Positions 1 through 7,868 are shown, numbered from the stretch's first letter. The stretch: 35,647 bases of DNA from a bacterium (GCA_043736875.1 JAYTBU010000027.1:1-35647), one strand, 5' to 3'. Numbers and translations: made by a program. Notes: generated by a model not told the origin, from the sequence alone.

Positions 1-10
1 TAGCGCGGCC
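1..10 (-). terminator. Partial GC-rich hairpin arm just past the L,D-transpeptidase stop; probable terminator cut by the window edge
   Basis: GCGCGGCC lies at 3-10. Its reverse complement GGCCGCGC resembles the 5' arm of the complete hairpin at 24911-24931. The partner arm would lie outside the window. Confidence 0.3.
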
Positions 11-14
11 ATTT

Positions 15-953
15 TTAAATAAACTGTAACAAATAACTCTTATTACTTTTTATAAAATTATAAAAAAGCACTCTGTCATTTACATTTTCAAAATTAATAT
101 CACTTATACCTATAGCTTGTGATTTTTTTATTCTGTAGTCATTAAAAGCCTTGCCACCTATTTGAGACTCTACCACTTTGACAGCTTCTTCATTTCCATT
201 GATTATGTAGTAGTTCAAGTCTTTGATTCTTATTTTCTCTTTGTTAAAAGTTATTAATTTTTCTTGATTAACTATCTCCAAAGAAACTAGTGAGGTCAGC
301 ATATTTTTACTAGTTTCTGCGCCTATATCTACATTTTCAGATACATTTGTATCTGTTTTTACTATTATTTTTGTACCTATTTTTGAAAAGTCATATATCT
401 CTTTTGCGTCTACGTCATGCATGCGTATACAACCACCACTATATGCCGTCGTTACTCTCTCTCCATTTTTATGATATGGTATACCATGTATAAAAAAATT
501 ACCAAAAAACTGCATAGCGTATGGCATGTATACATTGCCAAGCCCAGAGAGTCTGACATCTTGCTTTGTCGAGACTTCATAACTACCACTAGGAGTCTCG
601 TAGTAACTACCTGGTTTACCTTTTGAGACTATGTCAAAAGTCTTATAATTCTCTCCTTCTTTTAACAGTGTGAGCTTCATACTGGTTAGATCAGCTATTA
701 TTATATCTTCTTGTATTTTTATATCTGAAAACTCTGGATTTATTTGAGGAGTATTTACCAGAATATTTTCTTGAGCATGATTAATAGGTGTCTCATTTAT
801 TTTTATTGGAGGCGCATTATATACAGCTGTTTCTTTTGCTAAAGCAGATGTAACAAGCTTGGATCTGTCCAGACTAACTATCGATGTATACATAATCATA
901 AATCCGAGAGTAAAAGACAGTGTAGGGAGTATTATGTAGTGATATAGATTCAT
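15..953 (-). CDS. L,D-transpeptidase (YkuD domain), membrane anchored
   Basis: 312-aa ORF with an N-terminal hydrophobic anchor (IILPTLSFTLGFMIMYTSIV). The C-terminal signature HGIPYH...YSGGCIRM matches the catalytic His/Cys motif of L,D-transpeptidases. Confidence 0.85.
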   Translation of the reverse strand: MNLYHYIILPTLSFTLGFMIMYTSIVSLDRSKLVTSALAKETAVYNAPPIKINETPINHAQENILVNTPQINPEFSDIKIQEDIIIADLTSMKLTLLKEGENYKTFDIVSKGKPGSYYETPSGSYEVSTKQDVRLSGLGNVYMPYAMQFFGNFFIHGIPYHKNGERVTTAYSGGCIRMHDVDAKEIYDFSKIGTKIIVKTDTNVSENVDIGAETSKNMLTSLVSLEIVNQEKLITFNKEKIRIKDLNYYIINGNEEAVKVVESQIGGKAFNDYRIKKSQAIGISDINFENVNDRVLFYNFIKSNKSYLLQFI

Positions 954-1019
954 AAAATATCCTTTATTTATAACATATTTTCAACTTTTTTTCAACTTTG
1001 TATATTTTTATTTGTTTTA

Positions 1020-1028
1020 TGTTATAAT
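1020..1028 (+). promoter_or_regulatory. Extended -10 promoter (TGtTATAAT) for gatC; leaderless spacing
   Basis: TG at 1020-1021 and TATAAT at 1023-1028, then exactly 6 nt to the gatC ATG at 1035. No Shine-Dalgarno sequence. Confidence 0.6.
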
Positions 1029-1034
1029 ACAAAT

Positions 1035-1319
1035 ATGATAAGCATACAAGATTTACATTATTTGGAGAACTTAGCAAAGGTAAAAATACCAGAAACAGAA
1101 TTAGAAAATTATTCAAAAGAAATAAGTGACGTTTTAGAATACATAAAAGAGATACAAAATCTAGAAGTTGGTGAATATGCTCTGGACAAGCAAGTTCACA
1201 GCAATATTTTTAGAGATGATTTAGTTTTAAATCAAAATAATCACATAGACAAAGCTATACAAAATGCACCAGATAGTATCGGTAACCTTTACAAAGTCTC
1301 ACAAGTTATAAAACAATAA
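1035..1319 (+). CDS. gatC: Asp/Glu-tRNA amidotransferase subunit C
   Basis: 94-aa ORF directly upstream of gatA. Its size and the FRDD...NAP...KV pattern are typical of GatC. Confidence 0.85.
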   Translation: MISIQDLHYLENLAKVKIPETELENYSKEISDVLEYIKEIQNLEVGEYALDKQVHSNIFRDDLVLNQNNHIDKAIQNAPDSIGNLYKVSQVIKQ

Positions 1320-1343
1320 ATATTTAAATAAAAAAATAAAAAT

Positions 1344-2789
1344 ATGCAAATAGAAAATAAGACAGAAAGTAAAATACTAAAAATATACAATCAGATTTTA
1401 AATAAAGAAAAAACTATAAAACAAATAGTAGATGAGCACATGGCTATTATAAATGAAAAAGAAAAAACTGTAGACGCTCTGCTTGGCATATATGATAACG
1501 ACTTTATCAGCAAGCAAATAGAAAAAGCAGAGCAGATGTTTGCAGAAAATAAACAGACACAGATGACAGGTGTGCCGATAATAGTAAAAGACAATCTGTG
1601 TGTCGAGGGTCAGATAGCAAGTGCGGCGTCAAAGATGCTTGAAAATTATACAGCCACTTATAATGCAGGGGTAGTACAAAAATTAATAGATGCCGGAGCT
1701 GTGATAATAGGTAGGGCTAATATGGACGAATTCGCTATGGGTGGCAGTACAGAAAATAGTGCTTATAAGAAAACCATGAATCCACTAGACACAACTCGTG
1801 TCCCTGGTGGTTCATCTGGAGGATCTGCTGCTGTGGTTGCATACGGAGGAGTGCCAGTATCTATAGGGTCAGATACAGGAGGTAGTGTGCGTCAGCCAGC
1901 AGCATTTTGTGGGGTCATGGGTTTAAAGCCTACTTACGGTGATGTGTCACGTTATGGACTGATAGCGATGGGATCATCACTCGATGTGGTTGGTCCATTT
2001 GCAACCAATGCTACAGACCTTGAGATAGTTTACAATATAATAAAAGGTAAAGACGATCACGATGCTACCAGCTTAGAAGAAAGTGAAAAAGAAAATATTA
2101 GAAAAAGTAATAAAAAGTCTGGTAAAATTATAGGCATACCAAAAACTTTTATAGATACTGATGGAGTGAGCGAGGATATAAGGAAAAACTTTTATGACAC
2201 TATAGAAAAATTAAAAGCAAAAGGTTATGAGGTAAAAGAGATAGAATTAAACAATATAGAAAAAGCTTTATCTGTGTATTATATACTTATGTTCGCAGAG
2301 GTCAGTTCTAACCTTGCTCGTTTTGACGGAGTGCGCTACGGTAAAAGTGTGGCAGGAGAAACTCCAAATGAAAGCATGATAAAGTCAAGAACAGAAGGAC
2401 TAGGAAAAGAGCCAATACGCAGGTCGCTACTAGGAACTTATGTACTTTCTAGTGGTTATTACGATGCTTATTATTATAAAGCAGTTAGTGCGAGAGAGGC
2501 GCTTAAAAAAGAATTTGCAAAAGTATTTGCAGGGGTTGATTATATAGCTACACCGACTTCTCCTATACATGCATGGAGATTTGGAGAAAAATCTGATCCT
2601 ATTAGTATGTATCTGGCTGATATATTTACAGTGCCGGCGAATATTGTTGGTGTGCCTGGCATATCTGTGCCGACAGGAAAAGTATCAGAAGCAGGATTTG
2701 AAAAACTAGATTACAGTGTGCAGTTTTTAGCAAATTGGTATAATGACTGTGGATTAGTTAGTGTCGCAAAAGACGTAGAGATGCTATAA
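1344..2789 (+). CDS. gatA: Asp/Glu-tRNA amidotransferase subunit A
   Basis: 481 aa with the amidase signature GGSSGGSAA and GSDTGGSVRQPA. Located next to gatC. Confidence 0.95.
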   Translation: MQIENKTESKILKIYNQILNKEKTIKQIVDEHMAIINEKEKTVDALLGIYDNDFISKQIEKAEQMFAENKQTQMTGVPIIVKDNLCVEGQIASAASKMLENYTATYNAGVVQKLIDAGAVIIGRANMDEFAMGGSTENSAYKKTMNPLDTTRVPGGSSGGSAAVVAYGGVPVSIGSDTGGSVRQPAAFCGVMGLKPTYGDVSRYGLIAMGSSLDVVGPFATNATDLEIVYNIIKGKDDHDATSLEESEKENIRKSNKKSGKIIGIPKTFIDTDGVSEDIRKNFYDTIEKLKAKGYEVKEIELNNIEKALSVYYILMFAEVSSNLARFDGVRYGKSVAGETPNESMIKSRTEGLGKEPIRRSLLGTYVLSSGYYDAYYYKAVSAREALKKEFAKVFAGVDYIATPTSPIHAWRFGEKSDPISMYLADIFTVPANIVGVPGISVPTGKVSEAGFEKLDYSVQFLANWYNDCGLVSVAKDVEML

Positions 2790-2796
2790 TGTAAGT

Positions 2797-4323
2797 GTGT
2801 ATTCATTTAACCTAGATTATATTTTTGATAAAGTTTATGATGTTGTCCTCAGTGTAAAATACTTTTGGTATTTTACTGTACTTGGGTATGATGAAAAGAG
2901 GTACTTGGAAAGTGTTAGCAATGAAGTGTGGGACGGGCTACGTGACAGAGGCTGGTTTGAAAAAGGGTATATTACCTCTGAAGAAAATCGTATAGATAAT
3001 TTTTTGAATATGATTGGTTTTAACACAAAATTAGATACTGACGGTGATGGTGTTCCAAACCTAAAAGACAATAAACCATTAGATACAAATAATTTTACAC
3101 AAGAAAAAACAAAAGAAGTTTTTGGAGCGGATATGAATATGGGTGACAAGATAAAAAGTTTTTTTGGTCTGGATATTTTAGATACAGATAAGGATGGTGT
3201 GCCAGACAGTTATGAGGTTAAGCACAGCATGAATATAAATAAGCCAGACAGTGATGGTGATGGCATACTAGATAGTGAAGAGGTTTTTAAAGGTTTAAGT
3301 CCAATGAATGCAGATCAAGATAGAGATGGTATATTAGACGGACGAGATGCCTACCCTTTGGATATCAATAGAAGTGTGGTAGAGAGTGATGTTGATAGTG
3401 ACGGTGATGGTATTGGAGATAGATTTGAAAACATACTAGGTAGTGACCTAAACAATCCAGATAGTGATGGCGATGGACTGAGTGATGGTGCTGATCAGTA
3501 TATAAATAATAAATTAAATACAGTGCACAGCTTGCAAAGCTTTACAAATGAAGGTGTATTTTCTGGTTTAACTTTTTCTGTACAAAATGACATATTGCGT
3601 TTTCTGTCTGACTTAATCTCACTCTTAACTTTATTTTTACTACCACTTTCTATGTATATTTTTTATAAGTGGTATGTACAAATAGATCATGACATAAAAC
3701 ATTATTATCACCTTTTCCATCATGCATATGGTTACAAGCATCATGATGGTGATGAGGGACACGGTAAAAATAATCATGGAGGAAAAAAGAAAAACTTTTT
3801 AGACAAAGTTTTAGACAAGATATTTGGTGTAGAAAAATACGCAAAGAAGCTAGAGGGTTCAGACAAGAATACTGCGCACAATAAAAACTTTTCAGAGATA
3901 AAAAATAGTATAGATAAAGACAAAGACTTTCATAAAAATACACATACAGAAAGTGCTGAAAACAATACTATACACCATGTTGTGGATCCTGGCATAATCA
4001 GTGTGTCTGTATTAGAAAAAGATAAGAGATGGGAAATAGTAGATAAGTATATGAATGAAAAAGATGAGGTATTCTGGAGGCTAGGTATAATAGAGGCTGA
4101 CAACATACTTGATGACGCTCTTAAAAATAAAGGGTATTCTGGCCAGAACTTGGGAGAGAGGCTGATCAATGCTAATTTTAGAACTATAGACTTGGCTTGG
4201 GATGCCCACAAGATAAGAAATAAAATAGCTCACGCAGGATCAAATTATAACCTGACAGACAGAGAAGCAAGGCGAGCTTATATTATGTTTGAAACTGTTT
4301 TACAGGATCTAAAAGTAATTTAA
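2797..4323 (+). CDS. Membrane protein with six thrombospondin-type-3 (calcium-binding) repeats, a His-rich tract and a C-terminal RNxxxH (HEPN-like) domain
   Basis: GTG start 8 nt after the gatA stop. Six DxDxDGxxDxxD/E repeats are present (DTDGDGVPNLKD, DTDKDGVPDSYE, DSDGDGILDSEE, DQDRDGILDGRD, DSDGDGIGDRFE, DSDGDGLSDGAD). There is one hydrophobic span (LISLLTLFLLPLSMYIFY) and a His-rich tract (HDIKHYYHLFHHAYGYKHHDGDEGHGKNNHGG). The C-terminus reads ...AWDAHKIRNKIAHAG... Confidence 0.6.
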   Translation: MYSFNLDYIFDKVYDVVLSVKYFWYFTVLGYDEKRYLESVSNEVWDGLRDRGWFEKGYITSEENRIDNFLNMIGFNTKLDTDGDGVPNLKDNKPLDTNNFTQEKTKEVFGADMNMGDKIKSFFGLDILDTDKDGVPDSYEVKHSMNINKPDSDGDGILDSEEVFKGLSPMNADQDRDGILDGRDAYPLDINRSVVESDVDSDGDGIGDRFENILGSDLNNPDSDGDGLSDGADQYINNKLNTVHSLQSFTNEGVFSGLTFSVQNDILRFLSDLISLLTLFLLPLSMYIFYKWYVQIDHDIKHYYHLFHHAYGYKHHDGDEGHGKNNHGGKKKNFLDKVLDKIFGVEKYAKKLEGSDKNTAHNKNFSEIKNSIDKDKDFHKNTHTESAENNTIHHVVDPGIISVSVLEKDKRWEIVDKYMNEKDEVFWRLGIIEADNILDDALKNKGYSGQNLGERLINANFRTIDLAWDAHKIRNKIAHAGSNYNLTDREARRAYIMFETVLQDLKVI

Positions 4324-4353
4324 AAGATATTAAAAATAAAATTATATAAAAAT

Positions 4354-4785
4354 ATGCAAGACAAAAATATAAAATCAGAAAAACCAAAATATAATATTAC
4401 TTATGCTAAGCCGAGTAAAATTAATTTTAAAGACTTATTAAAAGTTTCTAGTATCCCAGTTTTTATCGCATCATTGTGTTGTCTGTCTCCTGTTATCTTA
4501 CTGTCACTTGGCCTCGTTACTGTGAGTGTAGCGGGTGAGCTGGCTGATGTATTTTATGGTACTTACAAGTGGGTATTTCGCGGAGTTGGAATGATTGCAC
4601 TCGTAACAGCTTTTGTATTTTACATGAGAAGGCAAGGCATATGTACATTGGATGATGCTAAAAAAAGAAGAAATGAAATAATTAATAAATTACTTTTAAC
4701 TTTAATTATAGGAGTTTCTACTTACTTATTCTTTTTGTATGTTGTGGTACATTATTTGGGTGTCTTTCTAAACATTTGGAAATAA
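4354..4785 (+). CDS. Three-span membrane protein with a CCxxP motif in TM1 (MerT-like architecture)
   Basis: 143 aa. TM1 is [21 protein letters not shown], followed by TM2, a loop with a single Cys ([10 protein letters not shown]), then TM3. The layout parallels the mercuric transporter MerT (recalled from memory). Confidence 0.5.
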   Translation: MQDKNIKSEKPKYNITYAKPSKINFKDLLKVSSIPVFIASLCCLSPVILLSLGLVTVSVAGELADVFYGTYKWVFRGVGMIALVTAFVFYMRRQGICTLDDAKKRRNEIINKLLLTLIIGVSTYLFFLYVVVHYLGVFLNIWK

Positions 4786-4810
4786 ATTATTGTATCATTG
4801 TAATATAAGT

Positions 4811-6070
4811 ATGTTAAAACTAAATCTAAATCTAAATCTTAAAAATATTTTAACAATAATTGTATTATCTTTTATCTCTTTTGTGTTGTATAATACATAC
4901 AAGAGATCACATTCACCTCAATACAAAAGAGAAATAAATATGCAACAAGAAATAAATACAAAATTAAATAATGGAGAGTATAAAAAAATCATTTTTGCTG
5001 GAGGGTGTTTTTGGTGCACAGAGGCAGAGTTTAATCATGCTCCTGGTGTAATATCAGCTATATCTGGTTATGCTGACAGTGAGAAAGACAGAGTATATTT
5101 TTCGCCAACTTATGAAGAAGTTAGTTCTGAAAAAGTAAAAGCTCGCGAGGCTGTAGAGATTGTATACGATAAGAATAAAATTTCTATAGGTGACTTATTG
5201 GAAAAGTATTTTAAACATTTTGACCCGTCTGACACTGGAGGATCTTTTGGTGATAGGGGTTACCAATACACTTCTGCTATATATTACACAACAGAAGATC
5301 AGAAAATAAAATCAGAAGCAATAAAAAACAAAATAGAGCTGAGTAAAAAGTTTATAGAAAATAATAGTAAAGTAGCGACAGAGATATTGCCTCTTAATAA
5401 TTTTTACCCAGCCGAGGAGTATCATCAGGACTATAAAGACAAGAACCCAGTTAGATATAATCTGTACCGAGAGGGTAGTGGTAGAAATAGTTTTATAAAA
5501 TTACATTGGCAAGACGGCAGCACTACCACAAAGTCTATTTTCTCTGTAGAAAAAGAAATAAGTAGTATAGATTATAATCAAGATAAAAATATGCAAGAAG
5601 AAAATAAAAAAAATATTAAAAGATGGGAAAATTTTACCATAAAAGATAAAGAAGAAAAACTTAAAACTCTGACATCGGTACAGTATGACGTGACTCAAAA
5701 AGAGGGAACAGAGCGAGCATTTCAAAATGAATATAACGCAAATAAAGAAGCTGGTATATATGTCGACATAGTTTCTGGAGAACCTTTATTTTTATCCATA
5801 GATAAATATGATAGTGGCACTGGCTGGCCCAGCTTTACGAGACCATTAAGTGATTCATCTGTTACTACACATTCAGATAATGGTATATTTGTAAGTAGGA
5901 CAGAAGTTAGGAGTAAAATAGCTGACTCGCATTTGGGCCATGTATTTGAAGATGGTCCAAAAGATATGGGTGGCATGAGGTACTGTATGAATAGTGCTAG
6001 TCTCAGATTTGTAAAGTTAAAAGATATGGAGGTGGAGGGTTACAGTGAGTATATTTCTCTTTTGAGATAA
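4811..6070 (+). CDS. msrAB: Fused peptide methionine sulfoxide reductase MsrA-MsrB with N-terminal membrane anchor
   Basis: MsrA motif [11 protein letters not shown]. MsrB motifs GWPSF and [11 protein letters not shown]. Hydrophobic anchor [15 protein letters not shown]. The ATG at 4811 is preferred over the TTG at 4790 used by the ORF track. Confidence 0.9.
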   Translation: MLKLNLNLNLKNILTIIVLSFISFVLYNTYKRSHSPQYKREINMQQEINTKLNNGEYKKIIFAGGCFWCTEAEFNHAPGVISAISGYADSEKDRVYFSPTYEEVSSEKVKAREAVEIVYDKNKISIGDLLEKYFKHFDPSDTGGSFGDRGYQYTSAIYYTTEDQKIKSEAIKNKIELSKKFIENNSKVATEILPLNNFYPAEEYHQDYKDKNPVRYNLYREGSGRNSFIKLHWQDGSTTTKSIFSVEKEISSIDYNQDKNMQEENKKNIKRWENFTIKDKEEKLKTLTSVQYDVTQKEGTERAFQNEYNANKEAGIYVDIVSGEPLFLSIDKYDSGTGWPSFTRPLSDSSVTTHSDNGIFVSRTEVRSKIADSHLGHVFEDGPKDMGGMRYCMNSASLRFVKLKDMEVEGYSEYISLLR

Positions 6071-6095
6071 TATATTTTGTATTTTATAAAAAATA

Positions 6096-6104
6096 TGGTA
6101 TAAT
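6096..6104 (+). promoter_or_regulatory. Extended -10 promoter (TGgTATAAT) upstream of the tRNA cluster
   Basis: TG at 6096-6097 and TATAAT at 6099-6104, about 30 nt upstream of the tRNA-like fragment. Confidence 0.5.
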
Positions 6105-6135
6105 GTTTTTTATAGAGCATATCTATGAAAAACAT

Positions 6136-6185
6136 AGCGGAATAGAGTAATGAGGTAACTCAAGAAATATAGACTCATAACCTCG
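6136..6185 (+). pseudogene. Decayed 5' fragment of the tRNA-fMet gene (tandem partial duplication)
   Basis: AGCGGAATAGAGTAaTGAGGTAACTCA...CTCATAACCTCG matches the acceptor 5' strand, D arm, anticodon loop and 3' anticodon-stem strand of the tRNA at 6214-6284. It also shares the upstream flank TGAAAA(A)CAT. The 5' anticodon-stem strand, T arm and 3' acceptor strand are absent. Confidence 0.7.
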
Positions 6186-6213
6186 AGGTTGTATAGTCAA
6201 GCTTTGAAAACAT

Positions 6214-6284
6214 AGCGGAATAGAGTAGAGGTAACTCACGAGGCTCATAACCTCGGGACACTGGTTCGATTCCAGTTTCCGCAA
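6214..6284 (+). tRNA. tRNA-fMet: tRNA-Met (CAT), probably the initiator tRNA-fMet
   Basis: Cloverleaf folded by hand. Acceptor AGCGGAA/TTCCGCA has an A1xA72 mismatch with G2:C71 and C3:G70. D arm is GAGT-AGAGGTA-ACTC (A11:U24). Anticodon arm is CGAGG-CTCATAA-CCTCG. T arm is ACTGG-TTCGATT-CCAGT. Discriminator is A73. No CCA is encoded. Confidence 0.75.
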
Positions 6285-6314
6285 CAAGTAAAACTACGCG
6301 AGCAAAAATTAAAT

Positions 6315-6339
6315 GCCCCGCCAGCGTAGCTGGCGGGGC
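6315..6339 (+). other. GC-rich perfect hairpin between the two CAT tRNAs (processing signal or weak terminator)
   Basis: GCCCCGCCAGC-GTA-GCTGGCGGGGC forms an 11-bp perfect stem with a GTA triloop. The following T run is poor (ATTTATAGAATTT). Confidence 0.5.
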
Positions 6340-6352
6340 ATTTATAGAATTT

Positions 6353-6426
6353 GTCGGTGTAGCTCAGTTGGTTAGAGCATAGCATTCATAAAGCTAAGGT
6401 CGGTGGTTCGATCCCACCCATCGACA
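6353..6426 (+). tRNA. tRNA with CAT anticodon (elongator Met or lysidine-modified Ile2; not resolvable by eye)
   Basis: Acceptor GTCGGTG/CATCGAC (one G-U pair). D arm GCTC-AGTTGGTTA-GAGC (C11:G24, elongator type). Anticodon arm TAGCA-TTCATAA-AGCTA. T arm GGTGG-TTCGATC-CCACC. 74 nt, no CCA encoded. Confidence 0.8.
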
Positions 6427-6452
6427 CAGAGATATGGCACACTTGATTTATC

Positions 6453-6491
6453 TACCTATTTAGTGTATACTAAATAGGTATTTAATTTTTT
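6453..6491 (+). terminator. Rho-independent terminator after the tRNA cluster
   Basis: 12-bp stem TACCTATTTAGT/ACTAAATAGGTA with loop GTAT, followed by TTTAATTTTTT. Confidence 0.6.
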
Positions 6492-6506
6492 AACAGGAGA
6501 AATAAA

Positions 6507-7013
6507 ATGAATCAAGTGATCTTTCTGGCTGGGCTTCCTGCCGTAGGTAAATCAACCTTGGCACAACAAATGGCTAAAAAATATGATGGAAAGGTTTTAG
6601 ATATAGATGACATAAAGAGAAAGTTAAGCGACCCTAATCTTGTAACGTCTTCTATTGATACTCCTGAGATTAGGTGGAGGTGCTACGAAGAAGCTGCTAG
6701 ACAAATCTTTCAATTTTTTAAAAATGGTGAAGATGTCGTTATTGTGGATGAAGTTTTTCACCTAAATGAGCTCAGGGAAAAATTAGAAGCTTTACTTGCG
6801 TCCAATGAAGTAGAAGTTGTGTGGATTCAGGTTGTTTGTTCTTTTGAACAAGTTAAGAAAAGATTGGAAAGTAAGTCTCGTACAGGTCATATTTTGTCAA
6901 CAGATGAAGCTTTGAAAATGTACGTACTTTTTCAGGAAATTTTTGAACCATTCCCCCAAGACAAAAAGAATCATTCAGTTTTCAACAATGATACTAGTTC
7001 ATTAACTGTTTAG
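6507..7013 (+). CDS. Small P-loop NTPase/kinase (AAA_33 or zeta-toxin/polynucleotide-kinase-like fold)
   Basis: 168 aa. Walker A motif is GLPAVGKST and the Walker B-like motif is VVIVDEVF. A strong Shine-Dalgarno sequence (AGGAG) lies 8 nt upstream. The gene is visibly more GC-rich than its neighbours. Confidence 0.6.
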   Translation: MNQVIFLAGLPAVGKSTLAQQMAKKYDGKVLDIDDIKRKLSDPNLVTSSIDTPEIRWRCYEEAARQIFQFFKNGEDVVIVDEVFHLNELREKLEALLASNEVEVVWIQVVCSFEQVKKRLESKSRTGHILSTDEALKMYVLFQEIFEPFPQDKKNHSVFNNDTSSLTV

Positions 7014-7028
7014 TAATCATTTTTAATT

Positions 7029-7062
7029 TGGCTGATGTAATCAAATACTCAGCCATTTTTTT
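7029..7062 (+). terminator. Rho-independent terminator after the kinase gene
   Basis: Stem TGGCTGA/TCAGCCA with inner GTA/TAC pairs, followed by TTTTTTT. Confidence 0.6.
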
Positions 7063-7118
7063 AATATATTTAACGACTTTAAATATAATTTACAATACTA
7101 ATTTTTAATAAAAATCAT

Positions 7119-7868
7119 ATGAATAAAATTTTACATTTACCCACAAAGAGAATAACTAATTCAGAATCTATAGAAAAAGTTAAAATTAACGATTCGTTAA
7201 TGTTAGCAACTGCAATAGGATTAAAAAAAGAAATAAACGAAGACTCCGTCAGTCTTTTTATTGACGGCAATATTACAAGAATATGTATTTCAGATGGTCA
7301 CTGGGGAGAAGAAGCTTCTGATATTATCAATAAGTATTGGATCGATAAAAATTTAATATTCCCTAAAAACTTAATAGAAGCACAAAATGAAACTAATAAG
7401 ATAGAAGATATTCTTTATCAAAAATTTGGTGAAAAAGTTACAGATGAAAATAAAGATTTTACACCAGAATCGAGTTTTATCTGTATAGAAATAGTGGACG
7501 ACAAGGTATCAATAGTTAGCTACGGCGATAGCAGGCTTTTTATAATGGATAAAGAAAATATAAAATTTATTCAAGAGTGTAAGAGTACATGGCTTGGAGT
7601 TTTTTCAAGACTGGGCCTCAGAGGTAGACTATCTGTAAAAGAGGGGGTTGTATTTAATGTAGAAAAGTTAAATCCTGGAGATAGTGTATTTTTATTTACT
7701 GATGGAGTGGATCAGTGTATTTATGAAAAAGATACAATAAGTTTTGATGCTATTGCTAGCTTTTCAAAAAAGTTGAATGTAGAAGATTCTGTTGACACCA
7801 TATTAAAAGAAGTCTTTAATTTTGGTGCCGAAGATAATGCTAGCTTGGTAATTTATAAATATGAGTAG
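7119..7868 (+). CDS. PP2C-family Ser/Thr protein phosphatase-like protein
   Basis: 249 aa. It carries the PP2C motif series ISDGHWGEEAS (DGxGG-like), YGDSRLF, FLFTDGV and a C-terminal AEDNASLVIY (DN-I/V-T-like). Confidence 0.65.
   Translation: MNKILHLPTKRITNSESIEKVKINDSLMLATAIGLKKEINEDSVSLFIDGNITRICISDGHWGEEASDIINKYWIDKNLIFPKNLIEAQNETNKIEDILYQKFGEKVTDENKDFTPESSFICIEIVDDKVSIVSYGDSRLFIMDKENIKFIQECKSTWLGVFSRLGLRGRLSVKEGVVFNVEKLNPGDSVFLFTDGVDQCIYEKDTISFDAIASFSKKLNVEDSVDTILKEVFNFGAEDNASLVIYKYE

Noticed and set aside
4820-4839. Hexanucleotide microsatellite (CTAAAT x 3.3) at the start of msrAB, encoding LNLNLNL.
   Set aside because: It is short and its unit length is a multiple of three, so slippage would not shift the frame. 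It is likely just low-complexity signal-anchor sequence.
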